32,000 nucleotides of DNA from Campylobacter concisus (GTDB lineage Bacteria; Campylobacterota; Campylobacteria; Campylobacterales; Campylobacteraceae), in the NCBI RefSeq assembly GCF_003048985.1, contig NZ_PIRS01000006.1:65301-97300 (forward strand). The letters are read 5' to 3'. The notes beneath the pieces are model-generated. The model did no database searches. It was not told the DNA's origin and saw nothing but the letters and a program-made list of their open reading frames with translations. Positions 1-8,359 of this stretch are shown piece by piece; the first letter of the stretch is position 1, and each line of letters opens with the position of its first letter. The position numbers and the translations under genes are program-made.

Positions 1-1
1 C

Positions 2-118
2 GCGCTAGCTTATACAAAAGCTAGCAAAGATGATGAATTTGAAGTTAGCATCGCTAATGAGAAATTTATTATTAGGCCTGAAGATAAAAAGCTAGCACAA
101 GAGTTTTTTGTGAAGTAA
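2..118 (+). CDS. 3' end of an unidentified CDS entering from upstream of the window
   Basis: Frame is open from the window edge to TAA at 116-118 (...DEFEVSIANEKFIIRPEDKKLAQEFFVK*). No family recognised. Confidence 0.35.
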   Translation, partial: ALAYTKASKDDEFEVSIANEKFIIRPEDKKLAQEFFVK

Positions 119-309
119 ATCCAATTTTGCAAAGGAATTTGATATAAATTTCTTTGCAATATCCAAAATTTTATAACTATTTCAAACCCTCACAAAATCT
201 AAATTTACAAAATTCCCAGTCATAAATATGTCACAACTGTACCAAAGTACAATGGTTTGATTTTGATAAAATCGCTAAATTTAGGAAAAAATTTAAAAAA
301 GGGAGACAC

Positions 310-1884
310 ATGTCAAAGGAAATAGGTGTAGTAAAAAATGTAACGCAAGGAAGCGTAAAAGCTGTAAGCCTAACAGGTGAAAGCAGAGAGTTAAAAGTAG
401 GTGACATAGTATATCAAGGAGAAAAGATAGTCACTGAATCAACTGACGCAAAAGTAGTAATAGCAAAAGCAGACGGAAAAGAGATAAGCCTAATAGGTAA
501 AGACTCAATAAATTTAGACCAAAGTGTTAGTGAAAATTCTCAAACAACAGCAGATATAACTTCACTTCAAAAAGCGATCTTAAGTGGTGAAGGCCTAGCT
601 GGTTTAGAAGAAACTGCAGCTGGTGGAAACCAAGCAGGTGGAAACGCTGGAGGTGACGGCGTAAGTCTTGGTGCTGCTAGCTTTGCTCAGGGTGGGCACT
701 ACTCAAATATAAATGCGAATTTTAACAACCTCTCATCTCAAGCAAGCGCAAATTCCCCAGTTCAAACAGGTGTAGGTGGTGCAGTTACACTTGACAACCT
801 TGCAGCTGCTATTGATGCGATATATCCAACCAGCAATGTTCCAACTCCAGCAATCACAACAATAATAGATGGCAAGTATGGTGGCAAATGGAATGCTGAT
901 GTAATAGGTGATCTATCAAATGACAATAGACCATTTATTAAAGGAACAGCAGAAGCTGGATCAATAGTTGAAATCTATGACAATGGCAATAAGATAGATG
1001 AAACAAGAGCCTATGATGATGGCACTTGGGAGTATGTAGTGCAAAATGACCTTCCTGATGGAAAGCACACTATCACAACTGTGGCTGTTGTAGATGGCGA
1101 GAGAAGCCTTAGCAGCACAGGAGCTGAGATTACCATTGATACAACTAAACCAACAGTAGAGTGGACAGATTTACCACATAACATTATAAGAAAAAATGTA
1201 ATTTCTATGAGCGATAGTGATCCTGAGCCATCAATGAGTGGTAAGACTGAGCCAAATTCTGAAATAAATGTAAAAATAGGCAAAATAGAAGATAGTGGAA
1301 CTCATACAGTTTTTGAAGGTAAGGTAAAAGCTGACGATAATGGTAACTTTACAGTAGATAAATCTACAATGGGTGATGGTTTTCCAGAGCACTTTGTGCC
1401 TGGTGAGTACTCTTTCACAACACAGGTATTTGATCCTGCTGGTAATGAAAGTTTTACAAATATACCTAAAAACTATACACCAAAAAACGGTGCATTCTCA
1501 ATAGAGCGCATATATGATGATGAATTTAGTGATCTAACAGAAGTGCAAGGTGATTATAGTCCTGTTTATAGACCTGTTGATGGTGATAGAAAGCCAACAT
1601 TTGAGGGCACAGCAGAAGCAAATGCTGAGATAACATTAGTTGTTAAACATCATGGCTTTGACTTTATGACTAATCAAAGAACTCCAGTTGATATACAGGA
1701 AGTTTTAACAACAAGAGCTGACGAGAATGGTAGATGGAGCGTAGAGGCAAAAGTTGATTATAAAGACTCTATGCAAGATTATCACACAGTGGAGGCAAAA
1801 GCTACTAATCCATCAGGTGATACACTTGATCTTACCCCAACTACATTTTTTATGCCAACAACCGCACCAGAAGATCACCTATAA
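310..1884 (+). CDS. Short LapA/BapA-like surface protein: N-terminal retention module plus bacterial Ig-like domains, with no RTX or T1SS C-terminal region
   Basis: 524-aa ORF with GGGAGA RBS about 5 nt upstream. The N-terminus (GVVKNVTQGSVKAVSLTGESRELKVGDIVYQGEKIVTESTDAKVVIAKADGKEISL) matches the retention-module pattern of giant T1SS adhesins. A TAAG motif sits at residues 102-105. Repeated Ig-like segments are present (IKGTAEAGSIVEIYDNG...DGTWEYVV...DGKHTITTVAV; TFEGTAEANAEITLVV...NGRWSVEA). Confidence 0.7.
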   Translation: MSKEIGVVKNVTQGSVKAVSLTGESRELKVGDIVYQGEKIVTESTDAKVVIAKADGKEISLIGKDSINLDQSVSENSQTTADITSLQKAILSGEGLAGLEETAAGGNQAGGNAGGDGVSLGAASFAQGGHYSNINANFNNLSSQASANSPVQTGVGGAVTLDNLAAAIDAIYPTSNVPTPAITTIIDGKYGGKWNADVIGDLSNDNRPFIKGTAEAGSIVEIYDNGNKIDETRAYDDGTWEYVVQNDLPDGKHTITTVAVVDGERSLSSTGAEITIDTTKPTVEWTDLPHNIIRKNVISMSDSDPEPSMSGKTEPNSEINVKIGKIEDSGTHTVFEGKVKADDNGNFTVDKSTMGDGFPEHFVPGEYSFTTQVFDPAGNESFTNIPKNYTPKNGAFSIERIYDDEFSDLTEVQGDYSPVYRPVDGDRKPTFEGTAEANAEITLVVKHHGFDFMTNQRTPVDIQEVLTTRADENGRWSVEAKVDYKDSMQDYHTVEAKATNPSGDTLDLTPTTFFMPTTAPEDHL

Positions 1885-1892
1885 TCAATTAT

Positions 1893-1924
1893 GCGAAGAG
1901 TTTTGCTCTTCGCTATTTCTTATT
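1893..1924 (+). terminator. Rho-independent terminator after the adhesin gene
   Basis: Perfect 8-bp stem GCGAAGAG (1893-1900) / CTCTTCGC (1906-1913) with loop TTTTG, followed by a T-rich run. Confidence 0.65.
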
Positions 1925-1963
1925 ATTTAAAAAATTATTATTTGACACAAATTTAGATTTATA

Positions 1964-2113
1964 CAAGTGGCGAAAAACCAGTAAAAGTAAGCTTAGATGA
2001 GCTATGAGTTAGAATTTCTACCAGGTGCTTTAAAAGAGTGGCAAAAGCTAGATAAAAAATTTAAAATATTTACTATTCAAATTTACAACTACGTCGCAAA
2101 TCCAAAAATTTAA
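1964..2113 (+). pseudogene. Orphan remnant of a second Phd/RelE module: last ~11 codons of the antitoxin plus a 5' fragment of the RelE/StbE-like toxin
   Basis: 1964-2053 is near-identical to 3836-3925, with a few mismatches. The toxin-frame ATG at 1997 reads MSYELEFLPGALKEWQKLDKK and then diverges to a stop at 2111-2113. No antitoxin body lies upstream. Confidence 0.8.
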
Positions 2114-2592
2114 AAACTATTTCCTATTAAATTTTTATCATAAATAACATGATAGCTTTCTTTGCCTATTCAAGATACTTTATAGCTACTTTCTTTATCA
2201 CAATTGTGATCAGTTAGCTCTAGTAGTATCTATATTGCTGTTTTATTTAGATATATGATGATAGTGTTATAGAGATGGTTGGGGAGAGGAAAGAATGAGA
2301 AAGAGTCAATGCCTAAAAACATAATCCACTTTTTAGCCTGAAACTCTTGCAATTAGATTAATTGCTTTTCAAAAATTTAATTAGAAATTTACCTATTATA
2401 TAAGTTCTTTTGTCGCCAGTTATACTAAAAGGAGAAGCTAATGCTACAAAGTAGTCACTGCTTAAATATACATAATCCCTCTACACTATTTAGTTTCTAT
2501 AAAATTATCTTTTATGCCTTATAAACTTAAGCCAACACTTTGTTTAACAAATTTATAATAAGTGTTTTTATCTTAATCTTAAAGGAACAAAC

Positions 2593-3357
2593 ATGAAAGG
2601 AACTGTATTAGCTCCTGGCATAATATTAAATGCTGATGATCAGCGTTTTACTTATCTACAAGAAGACGTAGCGTCTGTGGCAAAAGATGGAGCTGCCATA
2701 GTTTTAAAACAAGGCGATGAGGTTGATTTTATCGCGGATGGACAAACTGCAAAACAAATTTATCTCACAAAAGCAAAATCCATGAATCTAAATTTAGATA
2801 ACATAAATTTTGATATTAAAAGCAATGATTTATCTACTATTAGAACGCTGGGATTAGCAGGTTCTGCATTGCCTATTTTGGGCATTATCCCATTCATTGG
2901 ATTTATCTTTTTTATCGCTGGATTTTTATGTATGTTGTTTGCTATATTTAAGCTATCAGATAAAGTCGGTAGTCCTACACTAAAGAAAAACTATATCTTA
3001 TATCTAGTTGTCGCAGTAGCATCGACTATCCTGATCTCAATCGGCGCGATAACTGGAGCATTAGGCTTTGCTGGTATGGGCTCTGGCTATGCAAATGCTG
3101 GTGGGACAGGTGCTATTTTTGGCGTCATTTTAGGCTTAGCGGGCGTTGTAGGTATGATTTATGCATTTTTCAAAGAATTTCAAGTCTATAACGAGCTTTC
3201 AAACATATCTGGCGATAAATTTTTCCTCTACTATTTTATAGGTTCGGTTGTTGGAACTATTACTTTATTTATAATCATTGGTTACATCTTGTTGATTGTA
3301 GCATTTGTTTTACAAATCATAGCATGGTATAGACTACAAGAGATCAAAACAGCTTAA
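2593..3357 (+). CDS. Hypothetical integral membrane protein: ~70-aa soluble N-domain followed by about 5-6 TM helices
   Basis: 254-aa ORF with AAAGGAA RBS. Long hydrophobic, Gly-rich segments are present (ILGIIPFIGFIFFIAGFLCMLFAIF, ILYLVVAVASTILISIGAITGALGFAG, FIIIGYILLIVAFVLQIIAW). No family recognised. Confidence 0.6.
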   Translation: MKGTVLAPGIILNADDQRFTYLQEDVASVAKDGAAIVLKQGDEVDFIADGQTAKQIYLTKAKSMNLNLDNINFDIKSNDLSTIRTLGLAGSALPILGIIPFIGFIFFIAGFLCMLFAIFKLSDKVGSPTLKKNYILYLVVAVASTILISIGAITGALGFAGMGSGYANAGGTGAIFGVILGLAGVVGMIYAFFKEFQVYNELSNISGDKFFLYYFIGSVVGTITLFIIIGYILLIVAFVLQIIAWYRLQEIKTA

Positions 3358-3369
3358 ATTTTAATCATA

Positions 3370-3407
3370 AATCGGAGAGGAATTTCTTGCTCCGATTTTC
3401 TTTCTTT
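3370..3407 (+). terminator. Rho-independent terminator
   Basis: 8-bp stem AATCGGAG (3370-3377) / CTCCGATT (3390-3397) followed by TTTCTTTCTTT. Confidence 0.6.
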
Positions 3408-3627
3408 ATACAACACAAAACTTGTATTTAATTGCCTTATTATAGTAAGTTTGCAGTATAAAATTTTGCTAAACATTTACGCCAAAGCCATTAATGCAAA
3501 CACACTAAAGAGTAAAGTAGAGATGGTATCGTATGAAAATGAATAGGGGTAAATTTCAAAGCATGAGATTTAAGACTATTCTTATATCTTATTTAGTATT
3601 ATTTTAGGTATTAAATAAAGGATAAAA

Positions 3628-3879
3628 ATGCAAACCATACAAGCAAATTTTACAGCTAGCATAAGCGAGCTAAAAAAATCTCCAGCTCAAATTTTAAAAC
3701 AAGCTGGAGATAATGTTGTAGCTATACTAAACCACAATGTCCCTAGCGCCTATCTAGTACCCAGCTCTGTCTATGAAAAAATGGCAGAGATAATAGAAGA
3801 GTATCATCTAAGTAAAGCAGTAGATGTTGCTTTAGCAAGTGGTGAAAAACCAGTAAAAGTAAGCTTAGATGAGCTATGA
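3628..3879 (+). CDS. Type II antitoxin, Phd/YefM-StbD-like
   Basis: 83-aa ORF with AAAGGA RBS. The sequence MQTIQANFTASISELKKSPAQIL...VAILNHNVPSAYLVP...VSLDEL fits the Phd/YefM (StbD) pattern. Its stop overlaps the start of the downstream toxin frame (ATGAGCTATGA). Confidence 0.75.
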   Translation: MQTIQANFTASISELKKSPAQILKQAGDNVVAILNHNVPSAYLVPSSVYEKMAEIIEEYHLSKAVDVALASGEKPVKVSLDEL

Positions 3880-4030
3880 GTTAGAATTTCTACCAAGCGC
3901 TTTAAAAGAGTGGCAAAAGCTTGACAATAGCATAAAAGTACAGTTTAAAAAGAAGCTAAGTGAGCGTCTAGAAAACCCAAAGGTTGCTAAAGATCAGCTG
4001 CGAGACTATGAAGATGTCTACTTGAGGTAA
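3869..4030 (+). pseudogene. relE: Truncated RelE/StbE-family toxin: N-terminal 53 aa only, catalytic C-terminal half missing
   Basis: MSYELEFLPSALKEWQKLDNSIKVQFKKKLSERLENPKVAKDQLRDYEDVYLR* matches the N-terminal half of RelE/StbE toxins, which are about 90 aa. It ends roughly where the conserved YKIKLR...GYRLVY core should begin. Confidence 0.7.
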
Positions 4031-4203
4031 AATTTTATCTAATCAGCAAAAAATAAAAGCATTTATAGAAAGCATTTTGTAAAATAAAACAATCCTGAAA
4101 AAATGTACCGCTTTTTATAAAAACTGTACCATACTTTTAGGAAATCTTAAAGAAAGGGAAACTGCAAAAATGGCAGTTAAAGTATCGATAAGTAGGACAT
4201 CTA

Positions 4204-4249
4204 TGGTGTCAAGGGGGAGACTTGAACTCCCGACCTCCGGCTTATGAGG
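4204..4249 (-). tRNA. 3' fragment of a tRNA with CAU anticodon (Met or Ile2 type), from the anticodon loop to CCA. It is not a complete gene and is a likely att core of an integrative element.
   Basis: The minus strand reads CTCATAA-GCCGG-AGGTC-GGGAG-TTCAAGT-CTCCC-CCTTGAC-A-CCA, i.e. anticodon loop, 3' anticodon stem, variable loop, complete T arm, 3' acceptor and CCA. The upstream sequence cannot form the 5' anticodon stem, D arm or 5' acceptor. Confidence 0.8.
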
Positions 4250-4356
4250 GTTTAAAAATAAACCTTGTGTAAGCACCAAAAAGACGGCACACAGCCAGTT
4301 TCACACTAGGTATCTGCTACATTTTGCTACAAAGTTATATTGCATAGGTAACAAAG

Positions 4357-6498
4357 ATGCAATATTTAGTCAAGCGAAATGGCATATATTACTTTAGAGT
4401 AGCCATCCCACTATATCTGAGGCCTTATTTTGGTAATAAAACCGAATACATAACCTCCTTCCTAACAAAACGCTTTGATACAGCAAAAAATCGTGCTAAG
4501 ATCTACTCTATAATTTTTAACGCGATCAAAAAGGCATGGAAGATGAATTTGAGCAGCGAACTTATAGAGCACTTGGTGCTTATGCTTTTAAAAGCCAAGG
4601 AGGCCAAAAGTATCAAAGAGCATGATATGCTTGGCAGATATATAAATTTAGATGGACTACTATCACTAAATTTGTTTTTAAAACAGAGTTTAAAAGAAGA
4701 TAGCTTGCCCAGTGTAATATCAAAAGAGATTGATGATATCTGCAAAAAGCTATCTTGTACTGACTCTCACACCAAAAAGCTTCTTGGCAAAAGAGTGCTT
4801 GAAGCAACGATAGATAACATAAATCACATATCATATAAAATGTGCAAAAACCAAAAGCTACTAAATGATAAGCAACAGATATTTGTACCACTTGGTAAAA
4901 AGCACAAGAGTGCAAATTTAGATGATAATACTAAAGACGAGATAGCAAAAGGCGTTAAAGAGGCTAACATAGATAGCTATCAAGATGACATAGAGACTTT
5001 AAAAAAGCAGGATTTGGTGCTGCCTTTTACTAAAAAGTCCTTAAAGCACTCTGTTTGTGAGCTAAGAGATGCTATAAATGAGCTAGCAAAACAAAAGGGT
5101 GCACTCACACAAAACGATATCTTAAGAATATTTGGTTGTGAGTTATCGCCAGATGGAGACAATGAGCTAAGTGAAGATCTAAAATTTGGATATGGTAATT
5201 TGAATGATCCTACCTTTGGTGGTCAGGTGAAGCTATATAGGGCAGATAAATATGAAGATAAAGGCATAGTTTTAAATAACATTGAGGCTAAAGATCTTGC
5301 GATAGATGATACAAGTGATGCTAGTAACATGACTTTTAATGAAGCTATAAATTTCTTTCAAAAGCTCTTCTCAAATAGAGCTAAAAGCTTTATATCACAG
5401 CTAGACTCAACTACTAAAAATGAGAGTAAGGCTGGCATGGTCACGCTAAAGAGTGCTTTTGAAAACTATGTATCAAACAAAAGCATTTCAAACAACTGGA
5501 GTGATAGCACATTTGGTCTTGTTAGACATGTAGGACGGCTAATGTCTATGAAATTTGGCGATGAGCTAGATATCAAAAAAATAAAAAGAGATGACTTGCT
5601 AAATTTTAGGAATGTCTTACTACAACTACCAACCAAGCTCTCTCAAAATAGTCTCTATAAAGATAAGAGCCTAGATGAGGTCATAGCTTTAGCAAAGGAT
5701 AGGCCAAAAATTTCTAAATCAACTATCAAGAAGTATATTGTTAGAGTTAGTGAGTTTTTTAAATACTGCTATGATAGCGACTATATAGATAAGAATCCAG
5801 CTACAGATCTACAAATAAATTTAAACCAAGATGACGTTACAAATAAAAACCCTTATGAAGATAGTGATGTAAATGCACTTTTGGATATTATTAGTAAGAT
5901 TAGATCAAGTGGTGATACCAAAAGTCAAAGAATTAACAAAGATGAGCTATTTTTCGTTACTCATATAGCAGCTTACTCTGGTATGAGACTAAATGAGATA
6001 ATACAGTTAAACACAGATGACATAGTCGAAAAATATAACATAGTATGCTTTAGTTTAAATACAAAAGTAGATGTAAAAACAGGTAAGAGCAAGACTTTAA
6101 AGACCAGAAACTCTGCAAGGATAGTTCCTATCCACTCTAAGCTAAGTAGCATTGGGCTATTTGAATTTATAGAGAATAAAAAGAAGCTAGCTAGGAAATG
6201 CAGCAAAGCAGTTAGGCTATTTAGCTGTGATAATAAAGACTTCTCTGAATATTTTAGAAAGAAGATCAATACTCAAGTTATAAAAGATAGTGATAAAACA
6301 AGGACATTTCACTCATTTAGACATACTTTCATAAACAAGCTCATCCAAAGTGGCCAGAGGGTTGAACATATAGCTGCTCTTGTAGGGCACGAACAACAAT
6401 ACAAGATCACCATGAACACTTATGGCGAGCCAGTAACTCCAAAAATTCTAAAGGATCTAGTTGAGGAGGTAAATTTTTATCAAGGAGGGGAAGAGTGA
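4357..6498 (+). CDS. Tyrosine recombinase/integrase, unusually long at 713 aa
   Basis: The N-terminus MQYLVKRNGIYYFRVAIPLYLRPYFG is a typical integrase N-terminal motif. The C-terminal catalytic domain carries the expected residues in YSGMRLNEI (R), KTRNSARIVPIH, HSFRHTFINKL (H-x-x-R) and LVGHEQQYKITMNTYGE (H...Y). Confidence 0.85.
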   Translation: MQYLVKRNGIYYFRVAIPLYLRPYFGNKTEYITSFLTKRFDTAKNRAKIYSIIFNAIKKAWKMNLSSELIEHLVLMLLKAKEAKSIKEHDMLGRYINLDGLLSLNLFLKQSLKEDSLPSVISKEIDDICKKLSCTDSHTKKLLGKRVLEATIDNINHISYKMCKNQKLLNDKQQIFVPLGKKHKSANLDDNTKDEIAKGVKEANIDSYQDDIETLKKQDLVLPFTKKSLKHSVCELRDAINELAKQKGALTQNDILRIFGCELSPDGDNELSEDLKFGYGNLNDPTFGGQVKLYRADKYEDKGIVLNNIEAKDLAIDDTSDASNMTFNEAINFFQKLFSNRAKSFISQLDSTTKNESKAGMVTLKSAFENYVSNKSISNNWSDSTFGLVRHVGRLMSMKFGDELDIKKIKRDDLLNFRNVLLQLPTKLSQNSLYKDKSLDEVIALAKDRPKISKSTIKKYIVRVSEFFKYCYDSDYIDKNPATDLQINLNQDDVTNKNPYEDSDVNALLDIISKIRSSGDTKSQRINKDELFFVTHIAAYSGMRLNEIIQLNTDDIVEKYNIVCFSLNTKVDVKTGKSKTLKTRNSARIVPIHSKLSSIGLFEFIENKKKLARKCSKAVRLFSCDNKDFSEYFRKKINTQVIKDSDKTRTFHSFRHTFINKLIQSGQRVEHIAALVGHEQQYKITMNTYGEPVTPKILKDLVEEVNFYQGGEE

Positions 6499-6505
6499 GT
6501 GCTTT

Positions 6506-6537
6506 TTATTGTAAATGTATATAGCCATTTACAATAA
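6506..6537 (+). terminator. 12-bp perfect inverted repeat just after the integrase stop; possible terminator or protein-binding site
   Basis: TTATTGTAAATG (6506-6517) / CATTTACAATAA (6526-6537) with an 8-nt loop. There is no clear downstream T-tract. Confidence 0.4.
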
Positions 6538-6634
6538 AGAAGCGTTTAGGCTTTTAAGATCAACCATATTTGTAGTCTATCACATATATTTTTATGATAT
6601 AATTGTATTATATTACATAATTCAGGGATAAACT

Positions 6635-7834
6635 ATGTTAGATCAACTTTTTTTAAAGAGCAATGACCTTATAAGATTAAACAACCATAAATTTAAAAGA
6701 TATTTTATAGATTCTAAGGACTTATCTCATAGACTTATCGTTATCCTTGGGCAAAGAGGAATAGGCAAAACAACTACATTGGCTCAGCTAGCTAGTAAAA
6801 ACAAAGACAGTCTTTACCTAAGTTTAGATGACATAGAGATATCAAATGATATAACCTCGATCATAAGAGAGTTTGTGCTAAATGGCGGAAAACATCTATA
6901 TCTGGATGAAATTCATAAGAGTAAAGATATATCTGCAGTATTAAAATTTGCCTATGATAATTTTAAAGATCTAAACATAGTAGCCACAGGCTCATCTGCT
7001 CTTGAAGTATTAAAAAGCTCTCATGATCTAAGTAGAAGAGCGATCGTATATAAGATGAATGGAATGAGTTTTAAGGAGTATCTAGGGTTAAGGTATGGTA
7101 TAAATTTAGAAGCGGTTGAGCTTACAAATTTACTTACAAATCATCAGGAGATAGCTGTTGATATCATTAACGCCTTAAAGCAAAAAGATCTAGCAGTTAT
7201 TAAACTTTTTAGAGAGTATCTAAAAGTAGGTTACTACCCATACTATAATGATATGCCAAATGATACTGCCTTTTATCAGACTCTAAGGCAAAGCATAGAA
7301 GCTACGATAGATAGCGATCTTTTAAGTATATATCCAAATTTAAATGGCAATACGGCAAGAAAGCTAAAGATCTTAACTCATGCCATAAGCACAAACGTCC
7401 CATATCAACCAAACTACTCAAGCCTAAAATCGCTTGTTGATATAAGGGATGATAGGACGCTAAAAGAGTATCTTGCTATGCTTGATAGTGCTGGACTTAT
7501 AAGGCTTTTAATGAAAAACGAGCTTGCTATAAAAAATATGGATAAGGCGGATAAAATTTACCTTGAAAATACAAATTTAATGTATATAAACAGCCCTGAT
7601 ATAGGAAATATTAGAGAGACATTCTTTGCCAATCAGCTTGGAAATATCACCGAAATTTACTCAGGCAAAAATGGTGACTTTATGGTTGGCAATAAATTTA
7701 CCTTTGAAATAGGTGGAGCCAAAAAAGGTTTTGAGCAGATTAAGAATATGCCAAATTCTTTTATAGCAGCAGATGATATTGAAGTCGGGGTGAGAAATAA
7801 AATTCCACTTTGGCTGTTTGGGTTTTTATACTAG
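6635..7834 (+). CDS. AAA+ ATPase of the COG1373 / AAA_14-like family
   Basis: 399 aa. Walker A is LGQRGIGKTTT and Walker B is HLYLDEIH. The ATGSSALEVLKSSHDLSRRAIVYKMNGMSFKEYL block parallels LTGSANL...LAGRIGIVELYPLSQKEL in the ATPase at 26330-27544. Confidence 0.7.
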   Translation: MLDQLFLKSNDLIRLNNHKFKRYFIDSKDLSHRLIVILGQRGIGKTTTLAQLASKNKDSLYLSLDDIEISNDITSIIREFVLNGGKHLYLDEIHKSKDISAVLKFAYDNFKDLNIVATGSSALEVLKSSHDLSRRAIVYKMNGMSFKEYLGLRYGINLEAVELTNLLTNHQEIAVDIINALKQKDLAVIKLFREYLKVGYYPYYNDMPNDTAFYQTLRQSIEATIDSDLLSIYPNLNGNTARKLKILTHAISTNVPYQPNYSSLKSLVDIRDDRTLKEYLAMLDSAGLIRLLMKNELAIKNMDKADKIYLENTNLMYINSPDIGNIRETFFANQLGNITEIYSGKNGDFMVGNKFTFEIGGAKKGFEQIKNMPNSFIAADDIEVGVRNKIPLWLFGFLY

Positions 7835-7888
7835 CACTACTTTGGCAATAAACTATTGCTAGCATAAAAAGCAATTGTGAAAAATCAC

Positions 7889-7918
7889 CTTAACTCAAGA
7901 CAAGTTAAGTAAATTTTT
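7889..7918 (+). terminator. Weak hairpin plus T-run downstream of the ATPase gene
   Basis: CTTAAC (7889-7894) / GTTAAG (7904-7909) followed by TAAATTTTT. Confidence 0.3.
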
Positions 7919-8182
7919 AGCTATGACTTCGTCTTACTGCTTATAAAACCTCTTTATTAATTTCAATTACACAAACCTACAAGAGCAAAATCAAATTAAC
8001 ACTCCTGAAATAAGTTTAAAATAAGCTTTAATATAAAAAAATTATTAGTAATATATATTTTAATAGCATAAAAATATAATAAAAAATATATTTATACTTG
8101 TAAAAATATAATTTTTAATGTATATTTAATAAATAAAAACCTAATATTTTACGATATTAAATTTCAAAACGAAGGAGAAAAC

Positions 8183-8350
8183 ATGGAATTTCTTATGGTT
8201 TCGATGTTTTTCGTCACGAGTCTTTTTCTGTGGTTTAGACCTGAGAAAAAGCGCGCGGTTATGGGCTTTGGTATCGCGGGTATCGCGATACTCGTCATTA
8301 TGATGGCGTGGGTGAATAAATTCGCCGTCGTGCCGATGGGAAATTTTTAG
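8183..8350 (+). CDS. Small hydrophobic protein of 55 aa, Dba-like (DsbI-accessory-like); absent from the ORF track
   Basis: AAGGAG RBS at 8172-8177. The product is MEFLMVSMFFVTSLFLWFRPEKKRAVMGFGIAGIAILVIMMAWVNKFAVVPMGNF*. A 55-aa paralog at 18353-18520 shares the MEFL start and the P(M/I)GNF* end. Both sit immediately upstream of the DsbB-like gene. Confidence 0.6.
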   Translation: MEFLMVSMFFVTSLFLWFRPEKKRAVMGFGIAGIAILVIMMAWVNKFAVVPMGNF

Positions 8351-8359
8351 GAGCGAGCG

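Noticed and set aside
2441-2524. 27-aa ORF (MLQSSHCLNIHNPSTLFSFYKIIFYAL*) with an AAAGGAGA RBS in the 2114-2592 gap, and a 14-bp perfect palindrome ATCACAATTGTGAT at 2197-2210
   Set aside because: The ORF is too short and featureless to support as a gene without conservation data. The palindrome has no obvious associated regulator or promoter.
4204-4295. A complete tRNA gene on the minus strand
   Set aside because: The T arm, 3' acceptor and CCA are perfect. However, sequence 5' of the anticodon loop cannot form the anticodon stem (1 of 5 pairs). Only about 14 nt separate a weak acceptor-like CACAAGG from the loop, which is too short for a D arm.
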